Below, in pieces: positions 12,914 to 24,644 of a stretch of 64,000 nt of DNA. This DNA is from Octopus sinensis (Eukaryota): the NCBI RefSeq assembly GCF_006345805.1, contig NC_042998.1:182094001-182158000 (forward strand), read 5' to 3'. The first letter of the stretch is position 1; every line of letters begins with the position of its first letter. The notes under the pieces were generated by a model, which was not told the origin of the DNA, ran no database searches, and saw only the letters and a program-made list of their open reading frames with translations. The position numbers were made by a program, and so were the translations under genes.

Positions 12914-13140
12914 TGTGTGTGTATGTGTGTATATGATTGTGTGTCTGTGTTTGTCCACCCCAACATCGCTTGACAACCGATGCTGGTGTGTTTATGTCCC
13001 CGTCACTTAGCGGTTCGGCAAAAGAGACCGATAGAATAAGTACTAGGCTCACAAAGAATAAGTCCTTGGGTCGATTTGCTCGACTATAAGGCGGTGCTCC
13101 AGCATGGCCGCAGTCAAAGGACCGAAACAAGTAAAAGAGT
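12691..13140 (+). mobile_element. SINE family A, full length
   Basis: tRNA-like head TGTGGTAAGTAGCTTGC...GGGTTCAGTCCC, internal (TG)n and tail GGCGGTGCTCCAGCATGGCCGCAGTC...GAAACAAGTAAAAGAGT. Confidence 0.9.
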
Positions 13141-15025
13141 AACGTTAAAGTTGTGCATCATATTGATTTCAATCATCGTCAAAAATATCAGAAATTTTGA
13201 GGAGAGCGTTTAAACAATTCGACTCCAGATAGTGTAAAAAAAAAAGTTCTGATATAACTTCATTCACATTTAAGATGCATTACAGAATTATAAAGATCCC
13301 AGTATTTTAATTTATCGATCGCAGTAGGATGCTAGGATATGAACTTAGAACGTTACGAGCTCTAACTAAACGCCGTGGGACATTTCTATGCCGCGCTGTT
13401 CGATCGGCTGAACTACCTAATTTCAGAGATTCGTGTATCCTTAAGGACATTCCTCTTGCAGAATCAGTGTGACGCATTGTATTACTTGGCTAGCTTCCAA
13501 ACAGTTTCCGTTAATTCAATTTCACTCACAGAACTTGAGTCGACCCGAAGTTGTGGTAAAAGACACCTGCCAAAGATGCCATGGTGGAGGAATACAACCC
13601 AGGATCTCATGTTTGCAAAACAAACTTCGTAAGCACCCGTCCATGCCTGCACCAACACACAAATACACGCACAGATATACACGCATACACTTATACTCAT
13701 AATACTCATACACTGACACACATTTACTTAATGTCTTCTCTGTGATTTTAATTCATCTTAACAAACGTCATTGTTAGAATAATTATTTATAATGGACGAT
13801 ATGTCATATCAGATGAATCACTGTCACTGGTTCGACTCATTCGGGACTTTTCTGTCATCTCTTGCGCCAGTTTTATTTATAGTTATGGAATGGCCCATGA
13901 GACAACTCCATGTTCGTTTCTGTTTTTCATCACGTCCCGATGGAAAGTTTCAGCTTTGTTTGACTTGTGAAAGAATAATTATAAATTGTTTTTATGTTTG
14001 TTTCCAGACGTTATGAATTTGAAAGGGTTAAACCACCCGTGTAATGTCGCAAAACATTCAACTCCTCGCCTCCCATTAGAATGCATACCTTCTTATTAAA
14101 AACATACTCTAAACAAAAAAAAAAAACCGAAAAAAGACAAAGAAACACAACAAAAACAACCAAAAAGGAAACCTGGTAGAGGAGAGGGAGAAAAAAAAAG
14201 AGAAAACTGGTGGTGGGTGAGTTTTGAACTGATTAAGAAGAATGGTAAATCTTATGGCGTGTGGGTAACTGAAAGGGAGAAAGGGTGTGATTTTCTTATT
14301 TGGAAAACAACCAGCGATCAACGTTGTAATTTCCTCCCCCCCTCTCTCTCTCTCTCATACCACACACTTCTTCCGGACGCGTTTTCTTCCTCCACCTACA
14401 CACTCGTCATCCAACTCCCTAGATCTCTCGTATCATTCAAGGCGATCGGGTCATCCGTTTGACATTAGCAGCAAATGTTCGGGTAGATAGTCAGTTGCTC
14501 TAGACAATAACGATGGCGTGAAATTAAGTATGGGTTCTTCACAAACAGAGAGGAAGATAGATATTTTCAAACGGACTTCTGTTTTATTTGTTATTATAAA
14601 CGATAGACTTCTGTTGCTTGGTCTGTCGTTTGGCTCTCCTTTACAGCTTTTTGTTTATTTGTTTCTGGTTTATGTTTCCAGTTTTATTTTTGTTGTTACA
14701 ATTGTTATTGTTGTTTTCGTTCGTTCAACGACGCTTTGTCTCATATTATTTGTTGACTTAAACGTTTAAATACAAACCACACACACACACACGCGCACAC
14801 GTACGCACACACACACACGCACACACACATACACATACACACATTTGCGTGCGCGCACGTATATACTTTCTTCTCGCACACACAAACACACGTCCTAAAC
14901 CAAATTTAGTATCTCCTATACAAATATATAAACACACGCACACGTGCATAAAAAGATTAGCGATCATACATAGATGCGTACGCACATACACACGCCAACG
15001 CACAAGATGTGTGTGTGTATATATG

Positions 15026-15070
<45 letters not shown>

Positions 15071-15085
15071 ATATATATATATATG

Positions 15086-15196
<111 letters not shown>

Positions 15197-15789
15197 ATAT
15201 ATTAGCGTATCTGGTTGTATGGCAATCATGTGAGTAAAGAAAAAGAAGCGGTGAATGTAATATGGATGTGTATGGTGTGTTTAGATGCTCCTAGGACTCT
15301 CATATTTATTATGGAAACTCTTAATGTCTTCTGTATGCAGTGATATGTATTTTCTTTGTAATATAATAATATTTATTCTTTATCATACTTGTTTCAACCT
15401 TGAAGGGCGGATCTTTTCTGTTTCGCTGCCAATTTTCAATCTCTTCAATTTCTGTTCCAATTGATTTCATATTCGGTGTAATGATGTAGTTTTATATGCT
15501 AAAGTTATGAGGGGTTATATGCCGTGCGTTAAGCAGTTGATTTATTTACAGTTTCATATTAAAACATGTGCTATTTTCAGAATGTTGACAACTCGTGCTG
15601 TCACGCGCAAAATGAGAGCTTCCAAATCCTGCTTTCTGACTGGGTGAAAATGATCAAACTTTAAACCTCTATAACTTTTTTAAAACGTTTGCTGGAAAAA
15701 AAGTGAAATATCTCCTGAGATTCAGCTTGGAAAACTACATTAATACACCAAATTTTAAAATTTTCAATAAACTATGAAATTTCTACAGG

Positions 15790-16125
15790 CGCAGCCCAAC
15801 AGAAAAGATCCTGAAAGGCTTACTCGGACAGATCAACACCAGTACTTATTTCAAGCCTGGCGCTTATTCTACCGTCGACTGTTAAGTTACGAGAACGTAA
15901 ACAAACCAACATCAGTTTCATGCGGTGGTGGGGGAACAAACACAAATATGCAAAAACATATACGACAAGCTTCCATACAGTTTCCATCAATCAAATTCAC
16001 TCAGAAGGCATTGATCGGCTCAGGACTTTAGTAGAAGACACTTGTCCAAGGTGTCATGCAGTGGAAGGACTGAACCTGAAACCACGTGGCTGCAAAGCGA
16101 ACTTCTTAACCACTCAGCCAGGCTT
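15790..16125 (-). mobile_element. SINE family A, diverged copy
   Basis: AGTACTTATT...AAGTTACGAGAACGTAAAC...GAAGACACTTGTCCAAGGTG blocks in minus orientation. Confidence 0.7.
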
Positions 16126-16314
16126 GCGTCTATGTTATTCAGTGAGTTGTTATTCAGTGAGTTGAAATTTTTTCTAAGATTATCCATACAGTTAGTAACT
16201 TAAATTCCTTCTAATGGTGTTAATAACAACAACAACAACAACAGCAGCAGCAGCAGCAGCAACAAATAATGGAGATAGCTCTAACAAAATTAGTTAAAAA
16301 AATTATGGAAAATA

Positions 16315-16705
16315 TGTGGTAAGTAGCTTGCTTACCAGCCACATGGTTCCAGGTTCGGTCTCACTGCGTGGCACCTTGTGCAAGTGTCTTCTACTATAGC
16401 CTCGGGCCGACCAAAGCCTTATGAGTGGATTTGGTAGACGGAAACTGAAAGAAGCCTGTCGTATATATATATATATATGTATGTATGTGTGTGTATATGT
16501 TTGTGTGTCTGTGTTTGCCCCCACCCAACATTGTTTGACAACCGATGCTAGTGTGTTTACGTCCCCGTACTTAACGATTCGTCAAAAGAGACCGATAGAA
16601 TAAGTACTAGGCTTACAAAGAATAAATCTTGGGGTCGATTTGCTCGACTAAAGGCGGTGCTCCAGCATGGCCACAGTCAAATGACTGAAACAAGTAAAAG
16701 AGTAA
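16315..16705 (+). mobile_element. SINE family A, full length
   Basis: Same head, body and tail as 12691-13140. Confidence 0.9.
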
Positions 16706-16807
16706 AAAAGAACAAAAGAGTACAAATGCAGATTCAATCTGGTCTTTAAATACATGTTTGGATTTTATTAAACGTGCTTTACATCGTCGGTAAGATTGAG
16801 TATGGCC

Positions 16808-16871
<64 letters not shown>

Positions 16872-17026
16872 AGAAGCAATGTAGTGATGGAGATTATGAA
16901 TATCAACAATGTGACAGACAGAAAATAGCTCAGCAGAATTTATTGTTTACTGAAAATTATTTCAGTAGTCGGCCATGTGAATACGTCTATCTAGCCTCGT
17001 TTATCACGGATTTATTCTTATATTCG

Positions 17027-17385
17027 TTTCAGTAATTTGACTGCAGCCATGCTGGAGCACCGCTTTTAATCAAACAAATCAACGCCAGGAATTATTCTTT
17101 GTAAGCCTGGTACTTATTCTATCAGTTTCTTTTGCCGAACCGTTAAGTTACGGGGACATGTACACACCAACATCAGTTATCAAGCGATGGTAGTGGGACA
17201 AACACAGACACACATACACGCACACACACGAATATATACATATATCCGATGGGCTTCTTTCAGTTTCCGTCTACCAAATCCACTAACAAAACTTTGGTAA
17301 TCCCGAGGCTACAATAAAAGACACTTGCCCAAGGTGCCATGCAGTGGGACTGAACCCGGAACCATATGGTTAGGTGGCAAGCTTA
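17027..17385 (-). mobile_element. SINE family A
   Basis: Reverse complement of the family consensus, about 320 bp from the plus-strand copy at 16315-16705. Confidence 0.85.
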
Positions 17386-17749
17386 AAAGATACCGTCTTA
17401 AACGAATCAGTGATAAAGGAATAATTGAACATATGGGAAAAACAAGATTCGTGCCGACATCCCAAATTGTCCTGAACATTGTGAATCGTCGCTGGGGCGC
17501 GTTTTCGCTGCCCAAGCGGAGCTTTGATCATCGACGACCCGCGTCATCACAAATCAATTCGTGGTAAGCGTAACACAGTTCATAATTAGCGTACCGTGTT
17601 ATCCCAGATCAGTGATGAATAAATTAACGATAACCGAAGATAGATGTACAGGGAGGAGATAAACTTCAACTAATTGATATTATCCATGCAATTAGCAGTC
17701 AAACAAACCAGCTGGTGTGTGTGTGTTTTATGTGTGTGTGTGTGTGTTT

Positions 17750-17800
<51 letters not shown>

Positions 17801-18592
17801 ACGTTAAAAAAGCTCTGTATTTTGTAGATATCCCAACATAGGCACAGTTCAATGACGGAAACAATTATACTCATACATACGAGCACAATTATTCATGCAT
17901 GCATACATACATATATACATACATACATACATATATACATACATACACACACACATAAGTACAGAGAGAGAGAGAGAGAGGAAGGGAGAGAGAGAGAAAG
18001 AGAGAGAGAGAGAGGGGGAGTGAGAAAGTGATATATAAACAGAGACTAAGTGCAGGTAAATAAGTATACATTCATACACACACATATTCACATACGCACA
18101 CCGCATCGTTTACTTACACACATGCCCGGACGCACACACAACTACAAAAATAGATGGCTGGGTAACTGGATAATAGATGGTCAATTAAAGAGAAGAGAAC
18201 GGCGATTTGAAGAAGCTAAATAAATCGATAAATAACTCATTAGTACTATAAATAACATTATAAAACTATAAATACTATTATAGAGAAATCGGCAGATCAC
18301 ATTACACACACGCACACACGCACACACACACACACACACTATACAAAAAGCGGATCGTGGAGTTTTTAGAGTTGACAGTTTCGTTATTTCTGATTGAAAA
18401 CTTCTGCTAAGTACAGGTTGTGTTTTCTCTGTCTATGCTCGACATAATAAATTGTTCACTGCAAAATAAAAAATTGTGACACTATACCACTGTTAGAAGT
18501 GAGGATCCTGAAATGTAATGGAGATGAAACTATTGCAAGAATGTAAACATTAGTATTGAAAATGAAAATGAAAATGAAATGTAAAACCTTAC

Positions 18593-18716
18593 CTGCCTTA
18601 GTTCCGTGAAAATACAAAAGGTGAAGAAAACAAAGTGCAGGTAACACACCATTCAACTTCCGGTGTAAAACTTTCCATGGAGAGAATGATCGAGCATTGA
18701 TAAAAGATGGCGACAT
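18593..18716 (-). CDS. First coding exon (signal peptide) of an uncharacterised secreted cysteine-rich protein
   Basis: ATG at 18716 reads MSPSFINARSFSPWKVLHRKLNGVLPALCFLHLLYFHGTKA plus one G (41 codons + 1 nt), then a strong donor GCAG|GTAAGG at 18592. The exon has a hydrophobic core and ends at a small residue (GTKA). A pyrimidine tract with AAG| gives a possible acceptor with the exon starting at 18721. Its phase 1 end matches the exon at 8895. Confidence 0.8.
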
Positions 18717-18963
18717 TTTACCTTGGAAAATAGAAGGAAAATAAAAAATTGAATAACAATAACAAACACAAGATAATAAAAACGCGGCATTCCGATGAAA
18801 CGAAAGATGTTTCGTCGGACTAAACTTTTGGCACTTAGATTTCTAATTTTGAGTTAGTTATTCTAAATGGACGGACTTTGTGGTTTTAAAACTTGTCACT
18901 TTTAAGACTATATATATATATATGCGAATGGTTTTGTTAAGCAGTGCCGATTTTTACAATTCT

Positions 18964-19198
18964 GCGTGGCTTAGTGGTTAGGTTGTCAGCACCATGATTA
19001 TTGTGGTTTCGATTCCTGGACCGAGCGACGCGTTGTGTTCTTGAGCAAAACACTTCATTTCACGTTGCTCCAGTCCACTCAGCTGGCAAAAATGAGTAAC
19101 GCTGCGATGGACTCGCGTCCCGTCCAGCTGCAGAACACATACGCCTTAGAAACCGGGAAACCGAGCCCATGAGCCTGGCTAGGCTTTAAATGGGCGAA
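18964..19198 (+). mobile_element. SINE family C (tRNA head GCGTGGCTTAGTGGTTAGG..., body TTGAGCAAAACACTTCATTTCACGTTGCTCCAGTCC)
   Basis: A/B-box-like head. A matching minus copy lies at 55640-55868. Confidence 0.8.
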
Positions 19199-19210
19199 AA
19201 GAAAATAATT

Positions 19211-19598
19211 TTTTTTTTACTTGTTTCAGTCATTTGACTGCGGCCATGCTGGAGCACCTCCTTTAGTCGAGCAAATCGACCCCAGGACTTATTCTTTGTA
19301 AGCCTAGTACTTATTCTATCGGTCCCTTTTGCCGAACCGCTAAGTGACGGGAACGTAAACACACCAGCATCGGTTGCCAAGCGATGTTTGGGGGACAAAC
19401 ACAAACACACAAACATACACATACATATATACATATATACGACGGGCTTTCAGTTTCCGTCAACCAAATCCACTCACAAGGCTTTGGTCGGCCCGAGGCT
19501 ATAGTGGAAGACACTTGTCCAAGGTGCCACGCAGTGGGACTGAACCCGGAACCATGTGGTTGGTAAGCAAGCTACTTACCACACAGCCACTCCTGCGC
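19211..19598 (-). mobile_element. SINE family A, full length
   Basis: Reverse complement of the consensus, including the head (...CCACACAGCCACTCCTGCGCC). Confidence 0.9.
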
Positions 19599-19602
19599 CA
19601 TG

Positions 19603-20255
19603 ATAATAGTGTTTTATAAGCTTAAAGCGATTACTGCGCAATAACTAAATAAAATAGTCTAATAATGGAGCATATAACCCCCCCCCTCGACAGAAAAAAA
19701 TAGATTTTCCCGTACGAGTGGAACTCGAAGCCACACTCCTCTTTTTACGCGATTAAGTGTGCTACCGATTACACTAGCAAATCTAGAACTGTTTCCTGTG
19801 AAATTAAAAAGCTATAGTTAGTTCGTAGTTGTTTTTGTAAATAAACTTTCATGTGCTTTTGCTGCGAATGGTTTTGTTAAGCAGTACCGATTTTGACAAT
19901 AATAATAGTATTCGAGGCCCAACGCGTACGGGAAAGCCTATTTTTTTCTGTCGAGGGCTTATATGCTCCATTATTAGACTACTTTCATTGCGCAGTGATC
20001 GCTACTAGCTTTAAGCTTATAAAATACTATTATTATTATTGACAGAATTGTAAAAATCGGCACTGCTTAACAAAATCATTCTCAATAAAAGCACATTACA
20101 GTAGGTTTGCAAAAACAACTACGAGCTAACTGTAGTTCGTAAATCTGAGAAAAAAATAAAAAGTAGGTAGGTTCGCTAGTGTAATCGGTAGCACACTCAG
20201 TCGCGTAAACTGAGAGATGTGGGTTCGAGTCCCATACGTACGGGAAATCTACTTT
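19603..20255. repeat. Inverted dimer of a ~312-bp monomer containing a tRNA-like Pol III cassette
   Basis: Three blocks each occur on both strands. CGTACGGG recurs at 19925 and 20237. A box at 20177-20188 and B box GGTTCGAGTCC at 20222-20232. Confidence 0.75.
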
Positions 20256-20400
20256 ATAGCTTATATATATATATATATATATATACGTTCAGCAAAATTT
20301 AGATTAAAATGAATATAGTACTTAAGTCAGATGCACCAGAATTTTGTACGGTGTTATCCATATAAATCCATGGGGTGATTATAATCAAAATAAGCAACAA

Positions 20401-20450
<50 letters not shown>

Positions 20451-20513
20451 ACATAATACTGGTGTGTGTGCGTGTATAAGTATATGTATCCATCTACATA
20501 TATCTATACATAC

Positions 20514-20548
<35 letters not shown>

Positions 20549-20585
20549 GGAGAGATATACATATATATATCTATATATATATATA

Positions 20586-20627
<42 letters not shown>

Positions 20628-21231
20628 CATGTATACATTCATGTATATGTATATATGGATATGTAGTATACACACACACACACACACGCTCATACACACT
20701 CAAGTTTATGAATTGCGCGTCAGTTAAGTGTTTTCTGGACATTTCTTCATTTCTTTCTACTACATTTTCTCCGTCACGGAAGACCTCATCATCTCTGTTT
20801 CTCTCTTTGTATTACACACTTTCTCCATTTACTCATCATAAGCCTTCATCATCCGCATGTTCTCACGCACATGCTGACATACAAACTCACGAATAATCTG
20901 CAAAGGTCATAGGTATGCTACTTGTCCAGATTTGGGACGCAAACACACTCACCCGCATACACACACACACGCATAAATACACGCCCATACACACATACAC
21001 ACTCCAGTTACCAACTCAAGAATAAGTCAGATTATGGCTTGTGTTTCCGATTAGGACTGTCTGCCTGATATAGGTATAAGATCTTCGATAAAGGGATAAA
21101 ATAGCACCTTAGCTTTGACCTCAAAGATACGATGTAATCTAAGATCACGTGTCAAATTAACGAATCCTTGTTTCCATCAGAAACATAACAAATTCACGCT
21201 GCACACCACACACACACAAACATAGCTATGT

Positions 21232-21675
21232 GGAATCTTTTCGGTTTGAACGGCAGTTTTTTCTAGCGGTGTCATATGAAATTGTCACCCATAATTATGA
21301 CCCTAGTATCGATCTATTGCATTTCAATCTGTTTTAGGGTTAGGGTTAGTTAGGGTTAGGGTTAGGGGTGGGGGTGGGGGGAAAGGTATCTTTTTTTCTT
21401 CACAAATGTAAATAAACCCAATCTGTTTCTTAAACGAGGGACATATTCATACGGCACAGAATGTTTTTTTTACCTCAATAAACGTCAGTGATTGGTTGAA
21501 ATTGCAGAAATTGAAGAAAAAAACAACAACAAATATCTTACAAACTATAGAATTTTCTCAATAAAGCCAAGAGAAAAAGATGTTTTATAAACACATTCTA
21601 CCAGTATACGAAGTTTAAAATGTTTTAGTTACCTGGAAATTATGTTAAAAACTGCCGTTCAAACCGAAAAGATCC
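21232..21675 (+). mobile_element. MITE, ~28-bp TIR GGATCTTTTCGGTTTGAACGGCAGTTTT, internal (TTAGGG)n, TSD GCTATGT(G)
   Basis: TIRs are visible at both ends. GCTATGT flanks both sides (21225-21231 and 21676-21682). Confidence 0.9.
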
Positions 21676-21794
21676 GCTATGTGTGTATATGTTCACATAC
21701 ACACATACACATATCGTATTTGTTGACATAAGTGATGCGCTTGTCTTATTTTTAAGTGCATCAAAAAATTGCCCTACGTCTAATGCGGCTATAT

Positions 21795-22560
21795 GTTAGT
21801 TAGTTAGTTAATTTGGCTCAAAAGCAAATAGCAAGGCCATGTAGGGGGACATGGAGTTAAGTACAGGGTGGTGTTCATGTAAAGAGTTCAGGCCACTTGA
21901 GGTCCAGGGAGGCTTTGAACAAAGCGGTCGTCGGCATCTTCACCATCTCGTCTGGCAGCTTGTTCACGGATCCGCAACCCGGACGGAGAAAGCTCCTCTC
22001 CTTCGATTGAGATGAAATCGTCGCAGGTAGAGCTTTTCGGAATGACCCCGCAGCCGACGCTCCGGAGCAGGAGTGAAGAACAGCTCTTTCGAGAGGTTAC
22101 ACTTCCGCTTATGATGTTGTGGGCGAGAATGAGATCACCACGGCGGCGGCGTTTTTCAAGAGAATAAAGGTCGAGCGTCCTCAGCCTTTCTTCGTAGGAC
22201 AAATTTTTGAGACCATGAACCATGCGGGTAGCCAGCCTCTGGACTCTTTCGAGATGCTGTATGTCTTTGAGGAAATAAGGAGAAGAGGCTTCAATCCCAT
22301 ACTCCAATATGGGTCTCACCAGCGTGACATAGAGTGGTAAGAATATGGCTGCTGTGAGCATTCCGAATGACCGTCGAATCAAAAACAGAATTCCGCGCGC
22401 TTTGTTGGCAGCATGGACGCACTGGGCCGAAGGCGAAAAGGAGGAATCCACCAAGATTCAGGAGTTGCAGGAGTAGAGCCGACAGGCAGATGACAGCACT
22501 TTGACACGTTCAGACACAGGTCCCAATCGTTAGACCACTTCCAAATTTGGTGGAGGCAGA
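21795..22560 (-). mobile_element. CR1-clade LINE, 5'-truncated young copy
   Basis: IWKWSNDWDLCLNVSKC...AANKARGILFLIRRSF...YVTLVRPILEYG...LERVQRLATRMV with a (TAAC)n tail. Near-identical to 3580-4072 apart from small indels. Confidence 0.92.
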
Positions 22561-22632
22561 TAGGAACTCAAATGTTGTAGGTTAGACCACTTCCAAATTT
22601 GGTGGAGGCAGATAGGAACTCAAATGTTGTAG
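22529..22632. repeat. Perfect 52-bp tandem duplication at the CR1 5' junction
   Basis: GTTAGACCACTTCC...CAAATGTTGTAG at 22529-22580 and 22581-22632. Confidence 0.95.
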
Positions 22633-22789
22633 GTTAGGGATACTGAATAAGCCTAAGTCAGTTAGGCATAATAATTGTCATTTACTAACGCGATATTGAA
22701 AACAAACCGAAATATCACAGTTTGTTAACACAATCTTATGGAAAATTGCTTACGGCCCGTCAGCAGTTACGTAGAGAGGTCACATCATA

Positions 22790-23231
22790 GGATCTTTTCG
22801 GTTTGAACGGCAGTTTTTAACCTAATTTCTAGGTAACTAAAAAATTTTAAACTTCGTATACTGGTAGAATGTGTTTATAAAACATCTTTTTCTCTTGGCT
22901 TTATTGAGAAAATTCTATATTTTGTAAGATATTTGTTGTTTTTTCTTCAATTTCTGCAATTTCAACCAATCACTGACGTATTTGAGGTAAAAAACATTCT
23001 GTGCCGTATGAATATGTCCCTCATTTAAGAAACAGATTGGGTTTATTTAAATTTGTGAAGATAAAAAGATACCCTTCCTCCTAACCCTAACCCTAACCTT
23101 AACCTTAACCCTAACTAACCCTAACCCTAAAAAAGATTGAAATGCAATAGATCGATACTAGGGTCATAATTATGGGTGACAATTTCATATGACACCGCTA
23201 GAAAAAACTGCTGTTCAAACCGTAAAGATCC
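22790..23231 (-). mobile_element. Second copy of the TTAGGG-containing MITE, inverted relative to 21232-21675
   Basis: Same TIRs, with the interior reverse-complemented ((CCCTAA)n). Flanks CATCATA and CATCTTA form a 7-bp TSD with one mismatch. Confidence 0.9.
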
Positions 23232-23560
23232 CATCTTATTATACCCTCGCTTACCCAGAATGCATGACCCATACCTGATGTATATCTTACATTATTCTAT
23301 TACTGGGTTACCTTTAAGAAACTTTTTGCTTTTTCATTATCTAAGTGAAAATTTCCACGGAAAATGAAAGGTATGTTAAACGTTCGTCAACCAAAACCAT
23401 AGAGCTGGCGGCCTACTCTGGTGGCCGACCTTAGTTACGTAAATCATCATAACCAAATATGAATTTTATATCCTGAATGGCGATTCTCTTGACTAAAGTA
23501 TAAACAACTATAGAAGTTATCTGAAAGAAGATAAAGCTGAGATTCGGTGCTTCTATACTA

Positions 23561-23783
23561 TACTCTTTTACTGGTTTCAGTCATTTGACTGTGGCCATGC
23601 TGGAGCACCGCCTTTAGTCGAGAAAATCGACCCCAGGACTTATTCTTTGTAAGCCTAGCACTTATTCTATCGGTCTCTTTTGCCGAACCGCTAAGTTACG
23701 GGGACGTAAACACACTAGCATCGGTTGTCAAGCGATGTTGGTGGAGGTGGTGGGGGGACAAACACAGACACACAGACACACAG

Positions 23784-23816
<33 letters not shown>

Positions 23817-23970
23817 CACATATATATACGACGGGCTTTTTTCAGTTTCCATCTACCAAATCCACTCACAAGGAGTGTAGTAGAGGCTATAGTAGAAAAC
23901 ACTTGCCAAGTGGGACTGAACCCGGAACCTTGTGGTTGGTAAGCAAGCTACTTACCACACAGTCACTCCT
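23561..23970 (-). mobile_element. SINE family A
   Basis: Reverse complement of the consensus with a small deletion in the head. Confidence 0.88.
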
Positions 23971-24164
23971 ACTTTATTTAAGAATACTGTCACAACATAG
24001 TATACATTTTCCTCTACAACGCCACTTTAAAATATCTTTCAATAGGTATACGATAATACATCCTAAATTGTATATTTTCCCCACAAATTATGTTTATAAA
24101 ATAAGGATGCGTCTTATGCGAGGATGTATGTTATACACCGGCATATACGGTATTATTTATCTTT

Positions 24165-24640
24165 TAGGTATTAAGTCGATTACATCGACTCCAGTGCGTA
24201 ACTGGTACTTAATTTATCGACCCCGAAATGCAAAGTCGACCTCGGTTCAAATTCCGCTGAGGTCGACTTTGCCTTTCATCCTTTCGGGGTCGATAAATTA
24301 AGTACCAGTTACGTACTGGAGTCGATGTAATCGACTTAATACTTATGTCTGTCCTTGTTTGTCTCCTCTGTTTAGCCCCTTGTGGGTAATAAAGAAATAG
24401 GTATTATTTATCTTTTAATTAAGGCGGTGAGATGGCAGAATCGTTAGCACGCCGGGCAAAATGCCTATCGGCATTTCGTCCATCTTCACATTCTGAGTTC
24501 AAATTCCGCTGAGGTCGACTTTCTTTTCATCCTTTCGGTGTCGATAAAATAAGTACCAGTTGAACAATGGGGTCGATGTAATCGACTCATCCCCTCCCCC
24601 AAAATCGCTGCCCTTGCGGTAAAAGTTGAAACCATTATTT
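24165..24640. mobile_element. Cluster of SINE family B copies (core GTCGACTTTGCCTTTCATCCTTTCGGGGTCGATAAA...AGTACCAG), including a head-to-head pair
   Basis: An inverted pair at 24165-24345 continues into a plus tail to 24410, followed by a full plus copy at 24420-24640. Confidence 0.85.
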
Positions 24641-24644
24641 ATCT

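Noticed and set aside
20170-20240. Bona fide tRNA gene
   Set aside because: There is no acceptor stem, the anticodon loop is 9 nt, and the sequence is part of a repeat. SINE heads elsewhere are likewise only tRNA-derived.
21335-21370. TTAGGG repeats as a telomere or chromosome-fusion scar
   Set aside because: They are an internal part of a MITE and recur in the second copy at ~23080-23130.
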